Shown here one piece after another: positions 8,857 to 18,515 of a DNA stretch of 48,111 nt. Location: assembly GCA_045533915.1 (NCBI GenBank), contig JAZSIP010000096.1, positions 1 to 48,111 on the forward strand. Direction: 5' to 3'. The position numbers and the translations under genes are program-made. The DNA is from Eubacteriales bacterium (GTDB lineage Bacteria; Bacillota; Clostridia; Oscillospirales; CAG-272). Position 1 is the first letter of the stretch; each line of letters starts with the position of its first letter. Below the pieces are notes generated by a model. The model did not search any database. It saw only the letters and a program-made list of their open reading frames with translations, and had not been told where the DNA came from.

Positions 8857-9750
8857 TCAAAACAGCTTCTTCGGGTAAATTCCGCTCTCGTGCATACGCG
8901 CAAGTTCCGAAACGACGCAAGGACGGTCTTCCTTATATGTTACACCGAACCAGACCGCATCGGTCGAAAGAACGCTTACGAAAAGCTCACCGCCCGAGAT
9001 CATCTTATCGATCATCGTTGGCAGAGCGTATTCGGCTTTGATCTCTCCGTCGGGTATCGCGCGCAAGAACTCGTTAAAGCTTTCTTCCATCTTTTCAAAG
9101 ATATCCGCGCTGAATCCCCACATATTCATAGAAACGAGAGACTCGGGATCAAGAATACCGCACTCATCGTCACGTATAATGTCGTTTTCGTCGACCGTTA
9201 TCTTATAGGTCTCACGAACGCCCGTAAGCTTTCCGTCACGAAGCTCACAAACTCCGCGTGTTACAGCGCCGTTCTTGCTTACGGTGTTTTTAAGGCGATA
9301 GGATACCATAGTGGCTTCGCCGTCTTTAAGCTCACGAAGCTTCTTGTTCATTACCTCAAAAGCCTCAGAGCCGTAAAAATCATCTGCATTTATAACCGCA
9401 AAAGGCTCTGCGATAACGTCACGAGCGCAAAGCACAGCGTGTACTGTACCAAAAGGCTTCACTCTGTCCGCGGGGATCTTATAAAAGCTTGGAATAGAGT
9501 CGAACTCCTGATAAGCAAAAGCGACCTCGATACCCTTTATACCCGAGCAAACGCGCTCAATTATCTCTCTGTGGTTAGGCTTTATAACAAATACTACCTT
9601 TTCAAAGCCCGCACGGATAGCATCAAATATAGAATATTGCATAAGGATCTCACCGTTAGGTCCAAGTCCGTCGATCTGCTTGTCTCCGCCGTAACGCGAG
9701 CCAAGTCCCGCAGCCATTATAAGCAAAGTTGTTTTCATCATGTCCTCCAT
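8857..9750 (-). CDS. Sugar-phosphate nucleotidyltransferase (NTP_transferase fold). The true start may be the internal ATG at 9738.
   Basis: Shows LLIMAAGLGSRYGGDKQ (the G-x-G-x-R nucleotide-binding loop) and INADDFYG. GGAGG lies inside the first codons, which favours the MKTTLL start. Confidence 0.7.
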   Translation of the reverse strand: MEDMMKTTLLIMAAGLGSRYGGDKQIDGLGPNGEILMQYSIFDAIRAGFEKVVFVIKPNHREIIERVCSGIKGIEVAFAYQEFDSIPSFYKIPADRVKPFGTVHAVLCARDVIAEPFAVINADDFYGSEAFEVMNKKLRELKDGEATMVSYRLKNTVSKNGAVTRGVCELRDGKLTGVRETYKITVDENDIIRDDECGILDPESLVSMNMWGFSADIFEKMEESFNEFLRAIPDGEIKAEYALPTMIDKMISGGELFVSVLSTDAVWFGVTYKEDRPCVVSELARMHESGIYPKKLF

Positions 9751-9822
9751 ATTAAAAAATTCAAATCAAGCACAAATCGGTACGCTTTTACTAAATAATT
9801 ATACCACAATATCCTTATTATG

Positions 9823-10731
9823 TCAAGGTCTGCGTTTATTCATAGGAAAGCTCGGCAATTCACAAGCCACCGCAGCTCCCAATATAAGTACCGCGCCGAC
9901 AGCCTCCAACACGCCCATAGGCTCTTTCAGAACGAGTGCTGACAAGATTATCGCCACCGCGGGATCGATATAACTGAATATTGCCACGGTCTGCGTTGGC
10001 AAAGAACCTACCGAATTGAAATAAAGCGCGTAAGACACACCTGTATGTATTACGCCCACTATCAAAAGCAAAGCTACTGTTTTTACGTCAAACGCCGCTA
10101 TGGAAATTTCCTCGGCTATAAGCGTATACGGCAATATCACGATAGCCGCCGACAAGAGCTGTACGATAGTCTTGTCATACGCCGATAGGTTGCCGAGACG
10201 TCGATTTATGAGAATGACCGACGCGTAAAGCAGAGCCGCCAAAAGTCCGAAAATTATGCCCTTTACGGCTATCTTTCCGCCCTTAAGAACACCCGAAACG
10301 AAAACCATGCCCACAAGTGCGCAAGCCGCGCAAAGTCCTTGCTTTATGCCAAAACGTTCCTTAAATATAAAAGGAGCGGCTATCAACACGATTATCGGCG
10401 CGGTATAATAGCATAGCGTTGCCGTTGCGACCGAGGTGTAATTATAAGCTTCAAAAAGAAATATCCAGTTAAAGCCGATCAGTGCGCCCGACAGGCAAAG
10501 CAAGAGCAGATTCTTTTTTATCGCCCTCATGTCAAGCTTTTTTCTCAAAACAAGGACGATGAGCAAAAGCGCAAGTGTTCCTATAAGCCCCCTAAAAAAC
10601 GCTATCGCGCCCGACGGAAGCGGTATCAGACGTCTGAACAGTCCGATAGTTCCGAAGACCGACATTGAAAATATAAGCGATCCGCGAGCCAAATTCTCTC
10701 CTTTTTTGCTTTTGTTGTTTTGAGTATCCAT
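9823..10731 (-). CDS. EamA/DMT-family transporter
   Basis: About 10 hydrophobic segments, two EamA-like halves and a basic N-terminal tail. Confidence 0.8.
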   Translation of the reverse strand: MDTQNNKSKKGENLARGSLIFSMSVFGTIGLFRRLIPLPSGAIAFFRGLIGTLALLLIVLVLRKKLDMRAIKKNLLLLCLSGALIGFNWIFLFEAYNYTSVATATLCYYTAPIIVLIAAPFIFKERFGIKQGLCAACALVGMVFVSGVLKGGKIAVKGIIFGLLAALLYASVILINRRLGNLSAYDKTIVQLLSAAIVILPYTLIAEEISIAAFDVKTVALLLIVGVIHTGVSYALYFNSVGSLPTQTVAIFSYIDPAVAIILSALVLKEPMGVLEAVGAVLILGAAVACELPSFPMNKRRP

Positions 10732-10842
10732 CTGAAAGCACCTCTGAATCCTGAATATGCAAATATTATATCACAAGATCGTCAGAGACACAATAGCTCT
10801 GCCGAAATTTGTTGTTTAAGTGTAATATAACAGCGATGAGGG

Positions 10843-11007
10843 CAATGTCATTAAGTTAAGGAAAAGTCCCCACCGCCGAGATCCTTCGCGGCGGTGTTTT
10901 TTCTCGTTGTCATTCTCGAGCGCAGCGAAGAATCTCGAGAAAAAACACCTTGCTCGAGGATGACGACGGCGGGGGGTTTTACGTATTTTCTTAACTTAAT
11001 GATATTG
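10843..11007. mobile_element. MITE-like 165-bp element with terminal inverted repeats and a 10-bp target-site duplication
   Basis: The left end caatgtcattaagttaaggaaa matches the reverse complement of the right end caatatcattaagttaagaaaa. Both ends are flanked by the identical gcgatgaggg (10833-10842 and 11008-11017). The element has no ORF. Confidence 0.45.
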
Positions 11008-11110
11008 GCGATGAGGGAGACTTTTTGAAAAAAGTCCCCCTCAAACTCCCTTCAAAAACTTCCTAAAATAAGGTTTTGCATAGTCATAACGGCTACCAAA
11101 TTATCCATTT

Positions 11111-11152
11111 CAAGAAAGCTTTCGCGGAGCTTTTCTCGAAAAGCGACATCGC
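11111..11152 (-). repeat. 42-bp dispersed intergenic repeat, family B, copy 2 of 3
   Basis: The reverse complement reads gcgatgtcgcttttcgagaaaagctccgcgaaagctttcttg. Confidence 0.85.
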
Positions 11153-11179
11153 TTCTCCATATGTTTATTCAATTATTAT

Positions 11180-11485
11180 TCACTCACCTGTGCACGAATC
11201 CACGAGATATTCATAAAGCTCCTTTTCAACGCTTTCGTACTCCTTGAGCGCATAGGACATCTCGCCGTTCGTCTTGCCGTCACGCAGGGCGATACTGTTC
11301 GCAACGGTAAGCTTTCCGAGAGCGTTCAGAGAACGCAGAATAAGAGCGCTTTCCTTTGCCTTGGCACTGTCACGGCGATTTTCTATCTCGTAATGCTCAC
11401 AGAAATAGCGCTTCATAAAAAACAGTATAGCTCCGCTTATAGCCGTAGCCACGGTCGTCAGCAACATACTGACAATAGAATCCAT
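11180..11485 (-). CDS. Small membrane-anchored protein (101 aa): N-terminal TM helix followed by a charged helical tail
   Basis: An excellent RBS (aagggaggtgaagta-ATG) and the TM segment IVSMLLTTVATAISGAILFF. No recognisable family. Confidence 0.55.
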   Translation of the reverse strand: MDSIVSMLLTTVATAISGAILFFMKRYFCEHYEIENRRDSAKAKESALILRSLNALGKLTVANSIALRDGKTNGEMSYALKEYESVEKELYEYLVDSCTGE

Positions 11486-11528
11486 TACTTCACCTCCCTT
11501 CCAAAGAAAAAGAGAAAATGAATATATA

Positions 11529-11708
11529 TCAAACGTTCGAGCGCCTTGATACCGCGCGAATGTATCTCTGCTCTGCGTAATCGTCGCTCGGCTCTGACGG
11601 TATGCGTGTCATTTTTTCAAGCTCACATAAAAGCTCTCGCTGTATCGCAAGAGAACGCATAAGCTCATCAATAAGTGTTTTTGTGTGTTCGTTAACTGTT
11701 CTGTTCAT
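11529..11708 (-). CDS. Small ORF (59 aa) that is below the ORF-track cutoff. It is the first gene of the operon divergent from the Xre gene.
   Basis: The RBS aaaaaggagattta is followed by an ATG at 11706-11708. The ORF reads MNRTVNEHTKTLIDELMRSLAIQRELLCELEKMTRIPSEPSDDYAEQRYIRAVSRRSNV, with TGA at 11529-11531. Confidence 0.4.
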   Translation of the reverse strand: MNRTVNEHTKTLIDELMRSLAIQRELLCELEKMTRIPSEPSDDYAEQRYIRAVSRRSNV

Positions 11709-11767
11709 TAAATCTCCTTTTTTATTATTTTTTCTTGTATTTTTTCTTCTGATCGTAAAATTTGCTC

Positions 11768-11863
11768 TTGACAGAAGTTTTCTTCTGTGTTATAATTATA
11801 ATCGGAAGTTACAATCTGATTATAACACATAATCGGAAGTTTGTCAAGTGTTTATCGGAAGTT
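11768..11863 (+). promoter_or_regulatory. Consensus promoter of the Xre gene with an embedded palindromic operator and three downstream direct-repeat sites
   Basis: TTGACA (11768-11773), a 17-bp spacer and TATAAT (11791-11796). The palindrome acagaag-tttt-cttctgt lies at 11771-11788. The sequence atcggaagtt occurs at 11801-11810, 11832-11841 and 11854-11863. Confidence 0.6.
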
Positions 11864-11890
11864 TTTTAAAATATTTTGGAGGTTTCTGCC

Positions 11891-12349
11891 ATGACTTTAG
11901 GTGAGAAATTAAAAAACGCAAGACTCTCTCTCAATATGTCTCAAAGCGATCTTGCTAAAAAGACGGGAATATCGGAGCGCTCACTCTATACTTACGAGCA
12001 TATGGAAGCGATACCGCGCACAAGCAATATCAAAAAGCTTGCGGACGCGCTCAACGTGACCGTCACGTATCTTATGGACGAAGAAAAGAGTGACACGGAA
12101 AAAGACTCGAACCGCGATATCTTTCTTGCAAACGTCAAAAACGAATACGGCTCCCGAGGAGCAAGAGAGGCGTCCGAGGTGCTTGACAGAGCCTCCGCGC
12201 TCTTTGCTGGCGGTGAGCTTGACGATGAAGCCAAGGAGGTATTTTTCCGCTCTCTGATGGAGATCTACCTCGATTCCAAAGCCGAGGCTAAAGAAAAATT
12301 CACCCCAAGGCAAAGGGCAAGTAAAAAAACAGACAAAAAGGATATATGA
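11891..12349 (+). CDS. Xre-family helix-turn-helix transcriptional regulator
   Basis: HTH region LGEKLKNARLSLNMSQSDLAKKTGISERSLYTYE. The ATG at 11891 is preceded by GGAGG, so the TTG-extended start at 11876 is unlikely. Confidence 0.85.
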   Translation: MTLGEKLKNARLSLNMSQSDLAKKTGISERSLYTYEHMEAIPRTSNIKKLADALNVTVTYLMDEEKSDTEKDSNRDIFLANVKNEYGSRGAREASEVLDRASALFAGGELDDEAKEVFFRSLMEIYLDSKAEAKEKFTPRQRASKKTDKKDI

Positions 12350-12383
12350 TCTTTAACGCAAATTACAGCGAAAGGAGGCATGA

Positions 12384-12923
12384 ATGAACACAGTAGAATA
12401 CGTATCCGAAAAGGTAAAAAAGCTTGTAAAAAAATACGGCTCGCGCGATCCGTTCGAACTTTGCGAGGCTCTAGGTATAAAAGTTCGTTATATGGAGCTT
12501 AAAACACTCAATGGCTTTTTCTTTTACCAATCGCGCATACGCACCGTGGTCCTTAACGCCGAGCTTTCCGAAACTGTCGCAAAAATACTTTGCGCGCATG
12601 AATTAGGTCACGCCTGTCTCCATTCGAATATGCTTTTGAATATGCGCACGATTAACGACGAGCCGTTTAACTCAAAGAATTCTGCCGAATACGAAGCTAA
12701 TATTTTTGCCTCCGAGCTTCTCATTCCCGATGAAAGTATCAAGGAGCTTCTTAACAGCGAGGGCGAAAGCTTTTATTCTTTGGCTATGGAGCTATGTGTT
12801 CCGCCCGAGCTTATAGACATAAAGCTTCGCGTAATGCAAACCAAGGGATACGAAATAGACGTCCCTTATCTTGCTCAATCGGATTTTTTAAAAAGAGATC
12901 TCGAGGGTTTACGCACGGAATAA
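12384..12923 (+). CDS. ImmA/IrrE-family (COG2856) zinc metallopeptidase
   Basis: Has HELGH (HExxH) inside ILCAHELGHACLH and a downstream EYEANIFASELLIP. It is paired with the upstream Xre gene. Confidence 0.85.
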   Translation: MNTVEYVSEKVKKLVKKYGSRDPFELCEALGIKVRYMELKTLNGFFFYQSRIRTVVLNAELSETVAKILCAHELGHACLHSNMLLNMRTINDEPFNSKNSAEYEANIFASELLIPDESIKELLNSEGESFYSLAMELCVPPELIDIKLRVMQTKGYEIDVPYLAQSDFLKRDLEGLRTE

Positions 12924-13023
12924 ATAATAATCCTATTGTACGGTCTCTTATTGTTTCAAAAGATCCGCGTTACAAATATTTCATAATTATTGAAAACTTG
13001 TTCAAAAAACAAGCAACAAAAAA

Positions 13024-13049
13024 CTCCCTTTACAAAAGGGAGTTTTTTT
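13024..13049. terminator. Bidirectional rho-independent terminator
   Basis: Stem ctccctt/aagggag with loop tacaa, flanked by an A-run and a T-run. Confidence 0.6.
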
Positions 13050-13063
13050 GTTATTAATAAGCA

Positions 13064-13774
13064 TCATTTCAACGTATCAACGTAAGCTAAAAGCTCCTCA
13101 AAGCTGCCTTGCGGATATGCAGAGATGTCCACTCCGTCCTTTTGGATAAGACAGTCGGTCAAAAGGAAAACCTTCATTCCGATCTTTTGAGCCGCCATAT
13201 CTTCCTCCGCGTCATTTCCGACCATCAGACACTCTGTGGGATCTATCTTAAGCGCATTCGAGACCGCTTGATAATAAAGAGGGTTCGGTTTACAATAGCA
13301 AGAGTTTTCATAAGTAGTGAAAAGTTCGAACATAGAAGGGTCTATTCCCGCCCAAGCCATTCTCTTTTCGGTGGCTATCGACGGAAATATCGGATTTGTA
13401 GCAAGAGCTGTCCTGTATCCTTTTGCCTTTATTGCCTCAACCGTTTCTCTTGCTCTTTTATCATAACCGCAGGAAACGCTTACCTTATCAAAATCCTCGC
13501 GGTAAAAGGCATCAAATTTCGGCTCGTCCGCTCTTGCGTTCTCTCCGAATATCTTACAAAATGTATCCCAAAAGACTTCTTCATTGGACTTCGCGCCATC
13601 GTTACGCACCATAGCGCCTGTTCCTTTCCAAATAGCAGCAATCAGCTTTTCGGGATCATACCCGTGAGGAGCTAATCTTTTTGCGATCCCTCCGAAATAA
13701 GCCTTTACAAAATTATTCTGATCCATCGGCAACAACGTACCGTCAAGATCGAAAAGAACCATCTTTATTGACAT
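13064..13774 (-). CDS. HAD-superfamily hydrolase (phosphatase-like)
   Basis: Motif I is VLFDLDGTLL, and the late motif is GNDAEEDMAAQ. The start is set at the ATG at 13774 (RBS gaggt) rather than the longer track ORF. Confidence 0.8.
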   Translation of the reverse strand: MSIKMVLFDLDGTLLPMDQNNFVKAYFGGIAKRLAPHGYDPEKLIAAIWKGTGAMVRNDGAKSNEEVFWDTFCKIFGENARADEPKFDAFYREDFDKVSVSCGYDKRARETVEAIKAKGYRTALATNPIFPSIATEKRMAWAGIDPSMFELFTTYENSCYCKPNPLYYQAVSNALKIDPTECLMVGNDAEEDMAAQKIGMKVFLLTDCLIQKDGVDISAYPQGSFEELLAYVDTLK

Positions 13775-13820
13775 TTTTAACCTCTGTTTTATTCTATATC
13801 TAACAAAGCGCACTCAAGCT

Positions 13821-15065
13821 TTATTCCATACCTACTATAAAGACGTAATTGGTCGTTGCGCTTCCGCCTATGTTTAACATCATAGCGTTTTTCGCGCCCT
13901 TGACCTGATAAGCACCTGCAGTTCCCGAGACCTGCTTATAAAGGTCAAGGAACATTCTCGCGCCCGTAGCACCTACGGGGTGACCGCAGCCTATAAGTCC
14001 GCCGCTTGGATTTATCGGCTTTGCGCCGTCAAACGCAATAAGCCCCGACTCGACCGCCTCGTACTCCTTACCGGGTTCAGTCAGACCAAACGCCGAGATC
14101 GCCGCATATTCGCTCGACGTAAAGCAGTCGTGCGTTTCGAAAACGTCGATATCATCGACCGTCAGACCGCTTCTTCTGTATGCGTCAAGACACGCCTGTC
14201 TTGTCCAAGGCAGCACGTATGCGGAATCCTTATTATCCGCCATTTTGGAACTGAAGAGCATCGGAGCAACTCTGTGACCGTACCCCTTTACTATCGGCTT
14301 ATTAAGTCCGCGTTCCTTTACGTACTTTTCGGAAGCAAGTACCACGACTGCCGCTCCGTCGGTTACCTGAGAGCAATCCGATACGGCAAGCTTACCGCCG
14401 ACAAACGCATTGGTCTCTGTTCCGCGCATTTTTGCCTGTTCATAGCTCATGAACCACTTTTTTGTCTGCGCCATCGGATTGCGCTTTGCGTTTGCGTAAT
14501 TGTTAGCAGATATCCTTGCCAAAGCGTTCATAAAGCGCTCTTCATCAACGTCATATTTCTTCAATATCTCGTCCGCAAGTCTGCCGAAAAGCTTCGGGAA
14601 CGGGAAATCGATCCCCTGTCCCTCCTTTTCATAAAACGCCGCGCGGCCGAGGATATCTCCTCCGACCTTTGAGTCGACCGTTTTCATAAGCTCCCAGCCA
14701 AGAACGACAGCAACGTCGTAATCGCCGTTCTGTACCTTTGTGATAGCCGCGTCAAGAGCAACTGAGCTTGACGCGCAAGCCGCCTCATATCTTGCAGAGG
14801 GCACACCGTAAAACGCGGGATTTATCTCGGTCAAAAACGCTCCGAGATGTCCCTGACTTATGTATTGTTCAGCAATAAAATTGCCGACAAAGCAAGCTAT
14901 TTTATTTTCGTTATTCAGCGAAACTACGTCATCAAACGTAAGACCAACGTTGGAAAAGCCGTCTTCTACCGCCTCTTTCATAAGAGCTATCAGATTTTTT
15001 CCTTCCTTAGTCCAGTTGCGCTCAAAGTCAGTCTGCGCACCGCCAAGAATATATACCTTTCCCAT
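13821..15065 (-). CDS. Thiolase-family acyl-CoA acetyl/acyltransferase (SCP-x-like subgroup)
   Basis: The nucleophile region is [12 protein letters not shown], and the C-terminal motif is [13 protein letters not shown]. Confidence 0.8.
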   Translation of the reverse strand: MGKVYILGGAQTDFERNWTKEGKNLIALMKEAVEDGFSNVGLTFDDVVSLNNENKIACFVGNFIAEQYISQGHLGAFLTEINPAFYGVPSARYEAACASSSVALDAAITKVQNGDYDVAVVLGWELMKTVDSKVGGDILGRAAFYEKEGQGIDFPFPKLFGRLADEILKKYDVDEERFMNALARISANNYANAKRNPMAQTKKWFMSYEQAKMRGTETNAFVGGKLAVSDCSQVTDGAAVVVLASEKYVKERGLNKPIVKGYGHRVAPMLFSSKMADNKDSAYVLPWTRQACLDAYRRSGLTVDDIDVFETHDCFTSSEYAAISAFGLTEPGKEYEAVESGLIAFDGAKPINPSGGLIGCGHPVGATGARMFLDLYKQVSGTAGAYQVKGAKNAMMLNIGGSATTNYVFIVGME

Positions 15066-15075
15066 ATTTCACACC

Positions 15076-16374
15076 TCAATTAGTTGACTTGAAATACAAA
15101 CGGTAATCGTATCTCGAGCTTTCCGCCCCAGAAAGCAATCTGTCGATATCAACATTTGCCCAAATATTGCGAGGCAAACGCTCCTTCATCAAAGCACTGA
15201 TATCGGATACAGTTGAAAACGCCTCGATCATCGCAAGCGGAGGACACCAGTTAAAGCCCGTCGCCATAGCGGCATCAGCCGCCTGAATATCGTACGCTAC
15301 CTTTTCGATAGTAACCAACGAATACAGTATGTAATTCAAAAGGAAGTACAGGCATATCTCCGCCTCTTGAGAACGGTTGTTTACAAGCGCGGCAAACGCT
15401 TTCTTATAATTACCGACCTTGATATGCTTTTTCATTTCCTCGGCAAACGGGAAAACGTACTTCATTTTGTTTCTGTATTTTCCCGTATTGATATCGTATA
15501 CCATCAAACGCTTTGTAGCGCTTTCAAATTTATATAAGCCCTGACCCGCCTTGCGTCCCAATTTACCGTCACCGATCAATTTTTGCGCAAAGTCAGGAAG
15601 CACGAACGACTCGTGTGCGTAGTCATCTGAGTTATAGTAGATATTGTCAACGATAGCCTTGTGCACGTCAAGTCCGACAAAATCCGCAGTTGAAAGAGGA
15701 GCCATAGCGCGTCCCGTGAAAGAACCGAGAATAGCGTCTATATAGTCGATACCGCCGTTATACTTGTATTTCTGGGCATATATCATAGCCTCGTTTATAA
15801 ACTGGAAGCCTATTCGATTTGCCAAAAACGCGGGAGAATCCTTTGTTTCCACAACGGTTCTTATCAAAGTATTTTTGAGATAATCCGTCAGCTGCGCAAA
15901 AAGCTCCCTGTCGGTATATTCGGTCGTTATCAGCTCACACAAGGTCATATTATACGGAGGATTGAACATATGCACACCAAAATAACGACCGCGCATATTA
16001 TCGGCAAAGCACTCCGCAAGCTGTGTGATAGAAAGTCCCGATGTTCCCGAACAAGCGATAGCATCCTCACGCAGAGATGCCGCGATTTTTTTGGTAACGT
16101 CCAATTTAATATCAATGTTTTCGGCAACGCTCTCAAACACGATATCGGATTCCGCAACACATTCGGGAAGCGAAGAATAGTCTTTCGGTATTAAATTTTT
16201 CAATATGCTTTCCGCGCGCACGGACTTTGCGGCTTTCATAGCCGCCTGCTTTGATTTTTCAATATCTCGGCTTATCATATATACCTTTGCATCGCCAAAA
16301 GAAGCAAAGATCGCCGACACGTTTGATCCCATAGCACCGTTTGCGCCGATAACAGTTACTGTTTTGATGTTCAT
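15076..16374 (-). CDS. 3-hydroxyacyl-CoA dehydrogenase family protein (NAD-binding)
   Basis: Rossmann motif VTVIGANGAMGSNV and the central HMFNPP motif typical of HADH. The ATG at 16374 is preferred over the TTG at 16395. Confidence 0.8.
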   Translation of the reverse strand: MNIKTVTVIGANGAMGSNVSAIFASFGDAKVYMISRDIEKSKQAAMKAAKSVRAESILKNLIPKDYSSLPECVAESDIVFESVAENIDIKLDVTKKIAASLREDAIACSGTSGLSITQLAECFADNMRGRYFGVHMFNPPYNMTLCELITTEYTDRELFAQLTDYLKNTLIRTVVETKDSPAFLANRIGFQFINEAMIYAQKYKYNGGIDYIDAILGSFTGRAMAPLSTADFVGLDVHKAIVDNIYYNSDDYAHESFVLPDFAQKLIGDGKLGRKAGQGLYKFESATKRLMVYDINTGKYRNKMKYVFPFAEEMKKHIKVGNYKKAFAALVNNRSQEAEICLYFLLNYILYSLVTIEKVAYDIQAADAAMATGFNWCPPLAMIEAFSTVSDISALMKERLPRNIWANVDIDRLLSGAESSRYDYRLYFKSTN

Positions 16375-16418
16375 TTTTTTCTCGCTAAAAAACAATGTTT
16401 TTTATTGCTATTTATATA

Positions 16419-18515
16419 TTATTTGCTTTCTTCAGAAGATTTTTCCTCCGAATCGGATATGCTCTTCATCTGACGGTCATATTCCTCGCCCTTTGCCTCC
16501 GAACCATGCTCACCCGCAGGCTGATACGTCGGTACGACCTCTGCAACAAGAGCGCGTATCTCATCTTCTTGTCCGCCATATGCTGATAACATAAGCGTTT
16601 GAAGTTGCTTCAAAAAGGCCTCCGAATCAAACGGGATAGGTCGTCCGATATGGATAAGCTTATTGGGTGTAGTACGCAAGCCCTCTTCGGACATAAGCTT
16701 TTCCTCGTACAGCTTCTCACCGGGGCGAAGTCCCGTATAAGAGATCTTGATATCAACGTCGGGTTGGAAGCCCGAAAGCCTTATAAGATTTCTCGCAAGC
16801 GTATCGATCTTTACGGGAGAACCCATATCCAAGACGAATATCTCGCCGCCCTTCGCGTAAGTTCCTGCCTGAAGCACCAAGGAAGCGGCTTCGGGGATCG
16901 TCATAAAATATCTTATGATATCGGGGTGCGTGACCGTTACAGGTCCGCCCTTGGCTATCTGCTCCTTAAATCTCGGAATGACCGAGCCGTTACTGCCGAG
17001 CACATTTCCGAATCGTACCGCCACGAAATCGGTCTTTGCCTCTTTTACGATGTTCGACACGTTCGGAATACCGCTGTCAAATTCGTCATTATGCAGGTAC
17101 AGAGGAGCAAGCTCATTCGCGCGGCCCTCTCTTATAAATCTGTCAAACGACTGAATTATCATCTCGCAAAGACGCTTTGACGCACCCATTATATTAGTGG
17201 GGTTGACCGCCTTATCAGTCGATACAAGAACAAATCTTTTACAGCCGTTCATCATAGCCGCGTATGCCGTTTTGTAAGTTCCCACGGCGTTATTCTTTAT
17301 TGCCTCACAAGGACTGTCCTCCATAAGAGGCACGTGCTTGTGCGCCGCGGCGTGATACACAACGTCGGGCTTATATTTAGCGAACACCTGATTTATACGT
17401 CTGCTGTCTCGTACAGAGCCGATAAGGACATCAAGATCAAGCTCAGGATGCTTGTCTCTAAGCTCCAATCCGATAGCGTGAGCATTATTTTCGTAAATAT
17501 CAAAAACAATAAGTTTTTTGGGATTGTGCTTTGCGATCTGTCTGCAAAGCTCACTTCCGATAGAGCCTCCGCCTCCCGTTACCATTATGGTCTTTCCTAC
17601 GAGAAAATCGTATATCTCGTCCATATTTACCTTAATGGACTCACGTCCCAGCAGGTCCTCTACCGCTACGTCCTTCATAGCGCTTGCCGTTATATTGTCC
17701 GATATGAATTCACATACACTGGGAAGCTTTCTCAATTCGCAATTTGTTTCCTTGCAGATATTCAAAATATCTCGCATCTGCTCTGTGGTAGCGCTCGGGA
17801 TAGCGAAAAATATCTTCTCGATCTTATATTTTTCTACATTGAGAAGAATGTCGTCTCTGCCTCCCACAACAGGAACGCCCTCAATAAATCTTCCCCACTT
17901 ATTGCTATTGTCATCAATGATACAGCATACGTATTCTTTTATTTCCTTTGCGTTATTAAGATCACGTATCAGCGACTGTCCGGCAGTTCCTCCGCCGATA
18001 AGCATAACTCGGCTAGCCAAAGTCTTCTGCATCAGTCTTGCTCTTTTCTTTCGTTCCAACAATATAAAACGGTAGGCAAAACGAACACCCAAGACCAATA
18101 TAAATTGGATCGCAAAGCCGACAATATAGTATATGATAGGCATTCTTCTAAAGAATACCGTTATCAAAACAGTGTGTGCTACTCCCACTATCGCAGATGC
18201 TATAGCTATGCGCTCGAACTCATCAAAGCTTGCGTACTTCCATATACTTTGATAAAGACGGAATATCCAGAACACAGCAACACATATGACGGCATATATC
18301 GGCGCAAACTTAAGCCAACACATTAAAAGATCGTCAGGGATCATTGAGAAACGGCAATCGAATCTGAACCAAAGTGCCAGAAAATAAGCGCTTGAAACAG
18401 CAACTATATCAAACATCGCCAAAATAATGGCAACCACACGCCATTGTCTCCAAAAATGTTTTTTGCTATCTGTGATATCGGATACGTTAATGTCTTGATT
18501 TTTTTTGTTTTTCAT
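16419..18515 (-). CDS. Membrane-bound CapD/PglF-like polysaccharide biosynthesis protein (NDP-sugar 4,6-dehydratase/epimerase)
   Basis: Four N-terminal TM segments, the NAD-binding motif VTGGGGSIGSEL and STDKAVNPTNIMGASKR (the YxxxK region). It has an unusual acidic/serine tail, SISDSEEKSSEESK. Confidence 0.85.
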   Translation of the reverse strand: MKNKKNQDINVSDITDSKKHFWRQWRVVAIILAMFDIVAVSSAYFLALWFRFDCRFSMIPDDLLMCWLKFAPIYAVICVAVFWIFRLYQSIWKYASFDEFERIAIASAIVGVAHTVLITVFFRRMPIIYYIVGFAIQFILVLGVRFAYRFILLERKKRARLMQKTLASRVMLIGGGTAGQSLIRDLNNAKEIKEYVCCIIDDNSNKWGRFIEGVPVVGGRDDILLNVEKYKIEKIFFAIPSATTEQMRDILNICKETNCELRKLPSVCEFISDNITASAMKDVAVEDLLGRESIKVNMDEIYDFLVGKTIMVTGGGGSIGSELCRQIAKHNPKKLIVFDIYENNAHAIGLELRDKHPELDLDVLIGSVRDSRRINQVFAKYKPDVVYHAAAHKHVPLMEDSPCEAIKNNAVGTYKTAYAAMMNGCKRFVLVSTDKAVNPTNIMGASKRLCEMIIQSFDRFIREGRANELAPLYLHNDEFDSGIPNVSNIVKEAKTDFVAVRFGNVLGSNGSVIPRFKEQIAKGGPVTVTHPDIIRYFMTIPEAASLVLQAGTYAKGGEIFVLDMGSPVKIDTLARNLIRLSGFQPDVDIKISYTGLRPGEKLYEEKLMSEEGLRTTPNKLIHIGRPIPFDSEAFLKQLQTLMLSAYGGQEDEIRALVAEVVPTYQPAGEHGSEAKGEEYDRQMKSISDSEEKSSEESK

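Noticed and set aside
8890-9798. A long (302 aa) plus-strand ORF overlapping the nucleotidyltransferase gene. Similar long antisense ORFs occur at 13109..13675, 13980..14672, 17334..18326, 24804..25421, 26985..27707, 27670..28320, 36440..37624, 37996..38691, 39206..39748 and 44826..45899.
   Set aside because: In each case the opposite strand encodes a protein with clear family motifs. The antisense translations are low-complexity (rich in R/S/L/K/Y), lack RBS signals and show no recognisable motif. They are typical shadow ORFs.
11876-11890. N-terminal extensions produced by the ORF track using TTG or upstream ATG starts. Examples are 11876, 13813, 16395, 19884, 21332, 31344, 33132, 37666, 39703, 41594, 42845 and 47206.
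   Set aside because: In each case an internal ATG is preceded by a good Shine-Dalgarno sequence at the proper spacing. It also gives the N-terminus typical for the family, or a proper signal peptide or lipobox. The shorter coordinates were used.
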